The notes below the pieces were generated by a model. That model searched no databases. It was given only the letters and a program-made list of their open reading frames with translations, and was not told where the DNA came from. 64,000 nt of DNA. It comes from a virus. Location: IMG/VR virus record IMGVR_UViG_3300017917_002228, positions 1-64,000 of that record, one strand, 5' to 3'. The position numbers and the translations under genes are program-made. This document shows, piece after piece, positions 30,498 through 37,679 of the stretch. The stretch's first letter is position 1. Each line of letters opens with the position of its first letter.

Positions 30498-30755
30498 TCA
30501 GTCGAAGTAAACGGTCATTGCACGGTCTTTGCCGTACGAGATATTCATATAGGTATCACACTTGTCGAGAAAGTTACCACTTTCAGTAACATGTGCTTCG
30601 AAGTTATAATTCTCGGCCATTTTTATAAAACGTGCAAGCCGTTTTTCAAACATCGGCTCACCTCGTCTAACATACTCGCCTGCACAACCACAGCGGCAGA
30701 TACGATCACGGCCGAGATAGATCTGAGTAACATCTTCAGCTTTGAACTTAGACAT
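30498..30755 (-). CDS. Hypothetical protein (CRCGC motif)
   Basis: AAGGA RBS; own sigma70-like promoter at 30784-30811. Confidence 0.65.
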   Translation of the reverse strand: MSKFKAEDVTQIYLGRDRICRCGCAGEYVRRGEPMFEKRLARFIKMAENYNFEAHVTESGNFLDKCDTYMNISYGKDRAMTVYFD

Positions 30756-30812
30756 CTTGATCATCCTTAACATCACATATCTGATTATAGCGAGCTTCGT
30801 AATAAGTGCAAC

Positions 30813-31106
30813 TTAGAAACTCACCACTTTCAGATCCTTTACAGGTATCATTTCACGGTCATGTCGAACGATGATGCGGCGATTCTTCAGATCAATTTCT
30901 ATGAAACCGTCATCCATCAGAATCTGCATAGGAGCACGATCCTTAAGTCTCGTAAAGTAGTCTTCGACGTCATAGTTGTTGCTCAGAATACGGACGTAGT
31001 CTGCTTTATTGGGTTTTCCCCTACCACGGAAACGAGCAACAAAGTTTCCCGTGTACGTGAGATAACCACCGTGATATTCGAAAAGCTTTTTATCGAAGCG
31101 AGTCAT
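30813..31106 (-). CDS. Hypothetical protein
   Basis: GAGGAG RBS; operon packing. Confidence 0.65.
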   Translation of the reverse strand: MTRFDKKLFEYHGGYLTYTGNFVARFRGRGKPNKADYVRILSNNYDVEDYFTRLKDRAPMQILMDDGFIEIDLKNRRIIVRHDREMIPVKDLKVVSF

Positions 31107-31116
31107 CTATATCTCC

Positions 31117-31200
31117 TCAGAAGAAGTTTTCTACGATGATGATAGGAATGAGGGAAATGATGATTGATAGGATAGGGTGGTTATAGATGAAGTTAAACAT
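31117..31200 (-). CDS. 27-aa hydrophobic peptide MFNFIYNHPILSIIISLIPIIIVENFF (not in ORF track)
   Basis: AAGGAG RBS; first gene after the leftward promoter. Confidence 0.65.
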   Translation of the reverse strand: MFNFIYNHPILSIIISLIPIIIVENFF

Positions 31201-31224
31201 TTCGTATCTCCTTACCATACACAT

Positions 31225-31253
31225 ATAATAGCCTTTAATGAAAAATTGTGCAA
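31225..31253 (-). promoter_or_regulatory. Leftward early sigma70-type promoter TTGCAC-N17-TATTAT
   Basis: Matches the window-wide TTG[CA]NN-N16/17-TANNNT family. Confidence 0.75.
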
Positions 31254-31258
31254 CTCTG

Positions 31259-31390
31259 TAAATCATTGAAATCATTGAACTTTTAAAAAAAGTGCACTTT
31301 TCTATAACTCATTGATATTATTGTACTTTTTTAACCTATTGAAATCATTGATGTTTTTCTATGCAGAAACCACTGTTTCTATGCTAAACC
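31259..31390. repeat. Cluster of AA[AC]TCATTGA-type repeats (IHF-like sites) and a TTTCTATGC direct repeat
   Basis: Five related 13-mers; 31305-31317 reverse complement TATCAATGAGTTA matches WATCAANNNNTTR. Confidence 0.55.
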
Positions 31391-31418
31391 CTTGTGTTTC
31401 TTAGTGAAAAAATAAAGG

Positions 31419-31446
31419 TTGCATTAATAACTAAGCTAGCTATAAT
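31419..31446 (+). promoter_or_regulatory. Rightward early promoter TTGCAT-N16-TATAAT; same family at 31691, 33354, 37065, 43491, 52357, 52684, 53706, 54673
   Basis: Repeated -35/-10 pairs with 16-17 bp spacing upstream of early-type genes. Confidence 0.75.
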
Positions 31447-31480
31447 CATATTTGTGATGATCAAACAAAGGTACTTAGAT

Positions 31481-31699
31481 ATGACTGACAACTGGAACGA
31501 AGAAGATATGGAATGGTACAGCCGTTGGCTTAATAACCAAGCTAAGGCTACAATGGTAGCGTACTTGTTTGGTGCAACGCTCGAGCGTACTTATGAATTT
31601 GTACGTGAGATTATTCAGGACGAGATCGACGAAGATTATGTCCGTATGATCTATACGGAAGCTTCAAGTCAGACTCCTGAAGTTGTGATGTTGCATTAA
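31481..31699 (+). CDS. Hypothetical early protein
   Basis: Downstream of the promoter; start moved to MTDNW. Confidence 0.6.
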   Translation: MTDNWNEEDMEWYSRWLNNQAKATMVAYLFGATLERTYEFVREIIQDEIDEDYVRMIYTEASSQTPEVVMLH

Positions 31700-31755
31700 T
31701 TCTCGAAATAGCATACATTGATCAAGTGAACAGACATACAGAAAGGAACTCTACA

Positions 31756-32034
31756 ATGTCTAAGATTCTTCACGCCTCTAAGATCGTTGAGTCCAATCCT
31801 GAGCTCAACAAGAAAGACCTCGTTGCTCTTATTGAGAAAGAGCTCGGAGTGACTAAGGCTAATGCTCGCGTTTATCTCTATAATGTAGGTAAGCGTAAGG
31901 AAAAGCCTGCTAAGAATATGCACGCTGCATCCAACAAGTTAATCTCGGATGCTATCAAGCGTGATCCTTCTCTTGGTAAGGTTAAGCGTTCTAAGGACTC
32001 TAAAGTTCTTGAGCCCGTTGCAACAGCAGCGTAA
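31756..32034 (+). CDS. Small basic protein, possibly DNA-binding
   Basis: AAGGA RBS; Lys-rich; helical IEKELGVTKANARVYLY. Confidence 0.6.
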   Translation: MSKILHASKIVESNPELNKKDLVALIEKELGVTKANARVYLYNVGKRKEKPAKNMHAASNKLISDAIKRDPSLGKVKRSKDSKVLEPVATAA

Positions 32035-32073
32035 AGCAGCTATATATGGAGACAGCTTTGGCTGTCTCTTCAC

Positions 32074-32121
32074 GGGTGCATCAGGGTTGACCACCACAAC
32101 CTCCTTGACCTTGGTGCATCT
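32074..32121 (+). ncRNA. Candidate sRNA hairpin with anti-Shine-Dalgarno loop
   Basis: 17-bp stem rich in G-U pairs; loop CCACCACAACCUCC. Confidence 0.45.
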
Positions 32122-32136
32122 CTGTAGAGACAGTTC

Positions 32137-32212
32137 GGGTGATTAGCTCAGTGGTAGTAGCGTCTGCTTTACACGCAGAATGTCGGGAGTTCGACCCTCT
32201 CATCACCCACCA
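32137..32212 (+). tRNA. tRNA-Val(UAC)
   Basis: Cloverleaf; tctgc-tt-TAC-ac-gcaga; TTCGA; CCA. Confidence 0.95.
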
Positions 32213-32277
32213 TCTAGAAGCAACATGTTTGTCCGAGTGTTGTGGATTTACGCTGTTAAATGGTACAGCATCGGACT

Positions 32278-32399
32278 CCATTATAACTGATGAACACTAG
32301 GCTATCATACCGATTCACCGAAATCGTGACAACAGGCAAAGGTGGCGGGTACCACCGATGCAGGATGGGAAACCCTCTAGTGTTCTTCTGTTATAATGG
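32278..32399 (+). ncRNA. Candidate structured RNA (long closing stems, multibranched core)
   Basis: ccattataac/gttataatgg, gaacactag/ctagtgttc; inner hairpins cgatt/aatcg and ggtgg/ccacc. Confidence 0.5.
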
Positions 32400-32482
32400 G
32401 AAAGTGTCCCGAGCGGCAAAGGGGGAGGACTGTAAATCCTTTGGCTAAGCCTTCGTAGGTTCGAGTCCTACCTTTCCCACCA
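32398..32482 (+). tRNA. tRNA-Tyr(GUA)
   Basis: gagga-ct-GTA-aa-tcctt; variable arm; CCA. Confidence 0.95.
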
Positions 32483-32483
32483 T

Positions 32484-32559
32484 TGGAGTATAGCTCAGTT
32501 GGTAGAGCAAACGCTTGATAAGCGTTAGGTCACTGGTTCGAGCCCAGTTACTCCAACCA
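32484..32559 (+). tRNA. tRNA-Ile(GAU)
   Basis: aacgc-tt-GAT-aa-gcgtt; CCA. Confidence 0.95.
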
Positions 32560-32565
32560 AAATAT

Positions 32566-32642
32566 GGTTCGGTAGCTCAACTGAATAGAGCATCGGAATA
32601 CGACTCCGAAGGTTGAGGGTTTGAATCCTTCCCGAACCTCCA
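32566..32642 (+). tRNA. tRNA-Arg(ACG), non-canonical A32 and U56
   Basis: tcgga-at-ACG-ac-tccga; T-loop TTTGAAT; CCA. Confidence 0.88.
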
Positions 32643-32647
32643 TATAT

Positions 32648-32739
32648 GGGCGTGGGTGTTGGTACACAGGGAGAGCTTATACCTCTTCTAGCGGCAGATT
32701 ACCGTTCTCGACAGGGTTCGAATCCTTGCACGCCCACCA
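32648..32739 (+). tRNA. tRNA-Ile(UAU) with long variable arm and 4-nt D-loop
   Basis: gggcgtg/cacgccc acceptor; ggagag-ct-TAT-ac-ctcttc; TTCGAAT; ACCA. Confidence 0.8.
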
Positions 32740-32745
32740 TACTAT

Positions 32746-32819
32746 GCTGTCTTGGTGTAAAGGTAGCACACGAGTTTGTGGCACTCGTAGCACTGGATCG
32801 TTACCAGTAGACAGTACCA
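32746..32819 (+). tRNA. tRNA-His(GUG), alphaproteobacterial type (no G-1, G1-U72, A73)
   Basis: cgagt-tt-GTG-gc-actcg; acceptor gctgtct/agacagt-A-CCA; T-loop ATCGTTA. Confidence 0.88.
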
Positions 32820-32824
32820 TAGGT

Positions 32825-32983
32825 GTACCGTAAGACACAACGCTACTGAAGTGACTGGTCATCACGGGTAGGGTAGCTGGAAGACTTACGCTCTCTGGTG
32901 TTGGAAATTGACCGCCAACATTCGTAAGTTAGAGAGGCGCTGTAGCCGAGCAGCAGGCAACCGTAGGAGATACGGATCGGTAC
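32825..32983 (+). ncRNA. Candidate ~160-nt highly structured RNA
   Basis: Eight helices, crossing pairings and loop-loop complementarity (see findings). Confidence 0.6.
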
Positions 32984-33062
32984 TAATTAGTCCTTACACT
33001 CATTGGGACTTTAATGTTTATGTGTATGTTATACACAGAGTCCCAATGAGCATAATGATTTT

Positions 33063-33139
33063 GGCCTGGTAGTTCAGTTGGTTAGAGCACTAGCCTGTCA
33101 CGCTAGAAGTCGCCGGTTCGAGCCCGGTCCAGGTCGCCA
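33063..33139 (+). tRNA. tRNA-Asp(GUC)
   Basis: ctagc-ct-GTC-ac-gctag; GCCA end. Confidence 0.95.
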
Positions 33140-33184
33140 TTATTATCTGTATAGCGTATAATATGTGAGTGAAAGGAACACACT

Positions 33185-33361
33185 ATGTATGAACCTCATT
33201 TTATCTATACAGTAAAGGTTTCCAAGGGCAAGCTTGTGCTCTTGAACAAGAAGTTCGATAGCTATATCCAAGCTATGGACTATTGTGACTTTGTAGAAGA
33301 TCGTTACGGTAAGAAACTGTTTAAGATCGAGTTTACTACAAAGCGCAAGAAAGTTGCCTAA
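33185..33361 (+). CDS. 58-aa hypothetical protein (not in ORF track)
   Basis: AAGGA RBS; MYEPHFIYTVKV...KRKKVA. Confidence 0.65.
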   Translation: MYEPHFIYTVKVSKGKLVLLNKKFDSYIQAMDYCDFVEDRYGKKLFKIEFTTKRKKVA

Positions 33362-33428
33362 TTTTAGTAGGTATACTACTATTAGGTGTGAAATAATTCA
33401 CAATCTTAACAATGAAAAGGTGATATAC

Positions 33429-33695
33429 ATGACTAACGAAACTCAGACTACTCGCGTTCTTGAAGCTTTCATGAACGGTGACAACCTCACTTCTAAGCAG
33501 ATTTCTGCTCGTTTCAATATTGCTAATCCTCGCGCAGTTGTCCATCAGCTTCGTGAACAGGGTTATGCAATCTATCTCAACAAGCATCGCGATACGAAGG
33601 GCCGTGAGACGATGAAGTATCGTCTTGGTACTCCTTCGCGTAAGCTTATTGCCGCTGGCTATGCTGCACTCGGTGCAGAAGGCTTCAGCCGCTAA
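33429..33695 (+). CDS. Winged helix-turn-helix DNA-binding protein
   Basis: LTSKQISARFNIANPRAVVHQLREQGYAIY; own promoter, followed by hairpin 33706-33725. Confidence 0.75.
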   Translation: MTNETQTTRVLEAFMNGDNLTSKQISARFNIANPRAVVHQLREQGYAIYLNKHRDTKGRETMKYRLGTPSRKLIAAGYAALGAEGFSR

Positions 33696-33834
33696 GCTAT
33701 ATACTGGAGAGCCTTCGGGCTCTCCTTTCACGGATACACTACGGCCCACAGTGCGGACCTATGTAAGGGGTGTGAATGTGAAAATAAACCGTAATAATAT
33801 CACCAGTATAGTGTATCCTTGTAAGGAGAGTACG

Positions 33835-34212
33835 ATGATTAAAGCAATTCTTCTAGCTACAGGTATTATAGCATTTGCTTCTACAGTAGCGGAAGCTCAG
33901 CAACGTCAATATAACCGAGGTGGTTATTCACAAAACTACCGCGGTGGTAATTATTATCGTAATAATGGAAACCGTTATGTCCAAAATAACTTTTACGGTA
34001 ATCGCGGCTATTATGGTGGTGGTAACGGTGCTGCTTGGGCTGCTGGCATTGGAGGTTTAGCAGTAGGAGCTATTTTAGGTAGCGCATTATCTCAACCAAC
34101 ATATGCATATCCAGCTCCTGTTTACCCAGTAGCGCCTGTTGCTACTTCTTGTTTTAGACAGTATGTAACACTAGCTAATGGTCAAACAATTTTAGCTACT
34201 GTGTGTCCTTAA
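33835..34212 (+). CDS. Secreted Gly/Tyr-rich protein resembling rhizobial BA14K-type proteins
   Basis: Signal peptide; GGLAVGAILGSAL Gly-zipper; Pro/Tyr tract; two C-terminal Cys; AAGGAG RBS. Confidence 0.55.
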   Translation: MIKAILLATGIIAFASTVAEAQQRQYNRGGYSQNYRGGNYYRNNGNRYVQNNFYGNRGYYGGGNGAAWAAGIGGLAVGAILGSALSQPTYAYPAPVYPVAPVATSCFRQYVTLANGQTILATVCP

Positions 34213-34230
34213 TTTAAATTACATTGAGTA

Positions 34231-34257
34231 AAGGCCGGCTTATGCCGGCTTTTTTTA
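34231..34257 (+). terminator. Rho-independent terminator
   Basis: gccggc-ttat-gccggc followed by a T run. Confidence 0.85.
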
Positions 34258-34297
34258 TGGATAAATACCTTATATGGTATTATTATAAGAGATCAGA

Positions 34298-34819
34298 ATG
34301 CCTATACTGCACAATCAACCAGACAATATTAACTTCTTATCTCCATTAGGATTTAAGTTTACGCTCACGCGTGCTCCTAACTTGAACTTTTTTGCAACAG
34401 ATGTTAATATACCATCTATCACTTTAGGTTTCATTGAATTGCCTACACCGTTCAAAATCATTGAACTACCTGGTGATAAGCTTGACTTTGGTGATCTCAT
34501 GGTTACATTTAGAGTAGATGAAGACTTTGCTAATTACTTTGAAATATATAACTGGATTAGAGCACTAGGTTTTCCTGATGAGTTTGGTCAGTATAAAAAG
34601 ATAAGAGATTCTAATCCTGGTGAAAAGGATACTATCTATTCCGATGCTACTCTTACCGTTATGAATAGTGCAATGATACCTAATATTGAAGTACGCTTTC
34701 AGGATCTGTTTCCAGTATCTATTAGTGATATAAACTTTACTGCAACAGATACATCAGTTAACTATGTAACTAATACAGCATCGTTTAAGTTTAAAAAATT
34801 TGACGTCGTGAAAATCTAA
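34298..34819 (+). CDS. gp3: Tail completion/sheath stabilizer gp3
   Basis: NFLSPLGFKF; PGDKL.FGDL.VTFRVDED..NY.EIYNWI. Confidence 0.85.
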   Translation: MPILHNQPDNINFLSPLGFKFTLTRAPNLNFFATDVNIPSITLGFIELPTPFKIIELPGDKLDFGDLMVTFRVDEDFANYFEIYNWIRALGFPDEFGQYKKIRDSNPGEKDTIYSDATLTVMNSAMIPNIEVRFQDLFPVSISDINFTATDTSVNYVTNTASFKFKKFDVVKI

Positions 34820-34836
34820 CCTTAAAAGGTTTTGTT

Positions 34837-35271
34837 ATGAAGCTTGATGAAATCCATGCATTGTGGGATGAAGACTGTAATATTGACCGTACTGAACTTG
34901 GTGAAGAGTCTCTTCGCATACCTAAGCTACATAGTAAGTATTTGCAAATTTATTCCACAGAGCGCTTACAGTTACGTAGACTAGAAGAAGAACGTAAAGA
35001 GCTAGTAAAGCTTAAACATGATTATTATCGCGGCGTGTTGCCGGAAGAGGATTTAAAAGCAAATGGTTGGACGCCTTTTCAGTTATCTGTACTCAAGTCC
35101 GATGTACCGCTCTACCTTGATGCAGACCAGGATCTCATCAAACTCAATCTTAAAATTTCTGTTCAACAGGAAAAAGTAGATACATTGGAAGCGATTGTTC
35201 GTTCTATCAGTAATCGAGGTTACTTGATAAAGAATGCAATCGAGTATGAAAAGTTTAAAGTTGGCGCGTGA
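34837..35271 (+). CDS. uvsY: Recombination mediator UvsY
   Basis: W.ED..ID...L..ESL.IPKLHSKY; IKNAIEY.KF. Confidence 0.92.
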   Translation: MKLDEIHALWDEDCNIDRTELGEESLRIPKLHSKYLQIYSTERLQLRRLEEERKELVKLKHDYYRGVLPEEDLKANGWTPFQLSVLKSDVPLYLDADQDLIKLNLKISVQQEKVDTLEAIVRSISNRGYLIKNAIEYEKFKVGA

Positions 35272-36694
35272 TATAGTTCATCTCAGAAAAATTAATGAAG
35301 TATTCTTACAGGTACAAGCAGAGCCTTCCATACTGCAAGAGCTATCCGACCAGCTGACATTCTTAGTACCAGGCGCAAAATTTATGCCTGCAGTACGAAA
35401 CAAATATTGGGATGGTAAAATAAGACTCCTGAATACTATGACAGGATTGACTTATGTTGGTCTTGTTCATTTTATTCGGGAGTTTTGTTATCAGCGTAAC
35501 TATCAGTTATCGTTAGATGATAACTTAGTTATTGCAACAGATGATACTCCTCCTAAGCTACCAAAAAGTCTTACAAAAGAACCTCGTGATTATCAGCTTG
35601 CTGCTCTTAAGAAAGCTGTTGATGCTACCAGAGGTATTTTTCTTTCACCTACTGCATCAGGTAAGAGTCTTATCATTTATCTCATCTCATGCTTTTATAA
35701 AAAGAAAACTCTTATCATAGTACCAACTGTATCACTTGTGATGCAGATGAAAAAAGACTTTGAGGATTATGCAGGTAAAGCTCTAGACATTTACTGCATT
35801 ACAGCTGGTGTCGATAAAGTATCAGACAGCCCTATTGTAATTAGTACATGGCAGTCTATCTACAAAATGCCAAAGAACTGGTTCAAACAGTTCGATGTAG
35901 TCATAGGCGATGAAGTGCATATCTTTAAAGCAACGTCGCTCAAGTCTATTATGGAAAAGCTCGAAGACTGTAAGTATCGTTTTGGATTTACAGGTACACT
36001 AGATGGTTCACTGACTAATAGAGTGACGCTCGAAGGACTATTTGGACCGGTACAACAAGTTACAACTACTTCTGAGCTCATGGAACAGAATCATGTTGCC
36101 ACTTTGAAAATAAAAGCTATAATACTACAGTACAATCAAGATATAAGAAAACAAGCTAAAGACTTTACGTACCAAGATGAGATTGACTTCCTTGTTAGAT
36201 ATGAACCTCGTAACAAATTTATCCGTAATCTTGCTCTTAATCTTAACGGTAATACATTGGTTTTATTTCAATACGTAGAAAAGCATGGTAAGCTACTCTA
36301 TGATATGATGAGAGATAAAGATGAAAAGCGTAAAATACTTTTTATTCATGGTGGTGTAGATGCAGAAGATAGAGAGTCAGTCAGAGCAATTGTTGAGAAA
36401 GAAAATGACGCAATTATTATTGCCTCTTATGGTACTTTCTCCACAGGTATTAACATACGTAATTTACATAATGTTGTGTTTAGTTCTCCAACTAAAAGTC
36501 GCGTAAGAACTTTACAGTCTATTGGACGTGGTCTAAGAATATCAGAAACAAAAGATGCAGTAACAGTATACGATATTGCTGACGATCTCAAATATAAAAC
36601 GCGTATGAACTTTACACTACAGCATTTTGCTGAGAGACTAAATATCTACAATAGCGAGAATTTTGAATACAAGATTCATAATACGGAGATTTAG
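35234..36694 (+). CDS. uvsW: UvsW helicase (start uncertain, 35234-35261)
   Basis: SPTASGKS; GDEVH; GFTGT; QSIGRGLR. Confidence 0.95.
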   Translation: MQSSMKSLKLARDIVHLRKINEVFLQVQAEPSILQELSDQLTFLVPGAKFMPAVRNKYWDGKIRLLNTMTGLTYVGLVHFIREFCYQRNYQLSLDDNLVIATDDTPPKLPKSLTKEPRDYQLAALKKAVDATRGIFLSPTASGKSLIIYLISCFYKKKTLIIVPTVSLVMQMKKDFEDYAGKALDIYCITAGVDKVSDSPIVISTWQSIYKMPKNWFKQFDVVIGDEVHIFKATSLKSIMEKLEDCKYRFGFTGTLDGSLTNRVTLEGLFGPVQQVTTTSELMEQNHVATLKIKAIILQYNQDIRKQAKDFTYQDEIDFLVRYEPRNKFIRNLALNLNGNTLVLFQYVEKHGKLLYDMMRDKDEKRKILFIHGGVDAEDRESVRAIVEKENDAIIIASYGTFSTGINIRNLHNVVFSSPTKSRVRTLQSIGRGLRISETKDAVTVYDIADDLKYKTRMNFTLQHFAERLNIYNSENFEYKIHNTEI

Positions 36695-36695
36695 T

Positions 36696-37061
36696 ATGAG
36701 CAACGTTGTTATGATATCTGTAAATTCAAGCTACCCGGTCATCGGTAAAAAAATAGAAGAGGATGATTTTATTATTATCCTCGAATATCCTATTTCTATT
36801 TTTAAAGATAATCCAAACGTATATACAACACAATATATGCCTTTCGCTGACGGTGGTCTAGTATCTTTCTTTAAAAATAATATTATCAGTGTAGCTAACG
36901 TTCAAGAAAATATTGAGAAGTACTACCAAAAAGCTGTTGATTATTATAAAACAACTAAACCAGTTACGTATGAGATGCATAACGGTGATGAACCAGAAGA
37001 TGAAGCTACAGCAGAATTAATAGAGTCAGTAATATCAAAACTAACTAAAACTCTACATTAG
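36696..37061 (+). CDS. Hypothetical protein between uvsW and gp55
   Basis: GGAG RBS; operon packing. Confidence 0.6.
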   Translation: MSNVVMISVNSSYPVIGKKIEEDDFIIILEYPISIFKDNPNVYTTQYMPFADGGLVSFFKNNIISVANVQENIEKYYQKAVDYYKTTKPVTYEMHNGDEPEDEATAELIESVISKLTKTLH

Positions 37062-37124
37062 TGCTTGCAATTATTCTAATAACATATTAGTATTATAATT
37101 ATATTTCGCATTTAGGTAATTGTA

Positions 37125-37679
37125 ATGAGCACTAAAACTGGTAAACACTATATCGATAATAAAAAATTCTATACTGCTATAATTCATCATAAGCAGGCAG
37201 TAGAAGCTGCACGTGCAGCTGGTAAAGAAGAGCCTCGCATCCCAGCTTATATTGGTGAATGTCTTTTTAAAATTGCTACACGCCTATCTCTTAAACCAAA
37301 CTTTATTAGTTATACGTTTAGAGACGAGATGATATCAGACGGACTAGAAAACTGTATCAACTATCTTAATAATTTTGATCCAGAAAAGTCTGATAATCCT
37401 TTTGCCTACTTCACACAAATTATCTGGTTTGCTTTCTTACGTCGAATAGACAAAGAGAAAAAACATCTCTATGTTAAACAAAAGACGTTGGAAAATTTTT
37501 ATTTTGAAGGTATACTAGCAGAACAAGCTTTTGATGATGAAAAGAGTGTATCGGTCAATCTAGATAACGAGTATATGAAAAATCTAGTTGAATCTTACGA
37601 TAAGAAGCAAGCAGAGAAACAAAGAAAGAATAAAGCAAAAAAAGTTGGAGTGGAGAAGTTCTACGATGAACAAGAATAG
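37125..37679 (+). CDS. gp55: Late sigma factor gp55
   Basis: HYIDNKKF; YIGECL.KIA; EMISDGLENC; NPFAYFTQI. Confidence 0.95.
   Translation: MSTKTGKHYIDNKKFYTAIIHHKQAVEAARAAGKEEPRIPAYIGECLFKIATRLSLKPNFISYTFRDEMISDGLENCINYLNNFDPEKSDNPFAYFTQIIWFAFLRRIDKEKKHLYVKQKTLENFYFEGILAEQAFDDEKSVSVNLDNEYMKNLVESYDKKQAEKQRKNKAKKVGVEKFYDEQE

Noticed and set aside
31259-31390. CRISPR mini-array
   Set aside because: Repeats are 9-13 bp and irregularly spaced, with no spacers or cas genes
32231-32276. Y RNA resemblance (GUCCGAGUG)
   Set aside because: The stem is fully paired and lacks the bulged C of the Ro-binding helix
32287-32330. CUGAUGA...GAAA suggesting a hammerhead ribozyme
   Set aside because: The helix after CUGAUGA closes onto UCUUCU rather than GAAA; stems I-III cannot be built
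32081-32865. ORF-track ORFs at 32081, 32621 and 32677
   Set aside because: They overlap tRNA genes with no RBS or coupling, unlike the 54398 ORF
32883-32936. HDV-like/theta ribozyme (G-U-started P1 and pseudoknot near tRNAs)
   Set aside because: No P1.1, P4 or J4/2 catalytic C between P1' and P2'; the tRNAs already encode CCA
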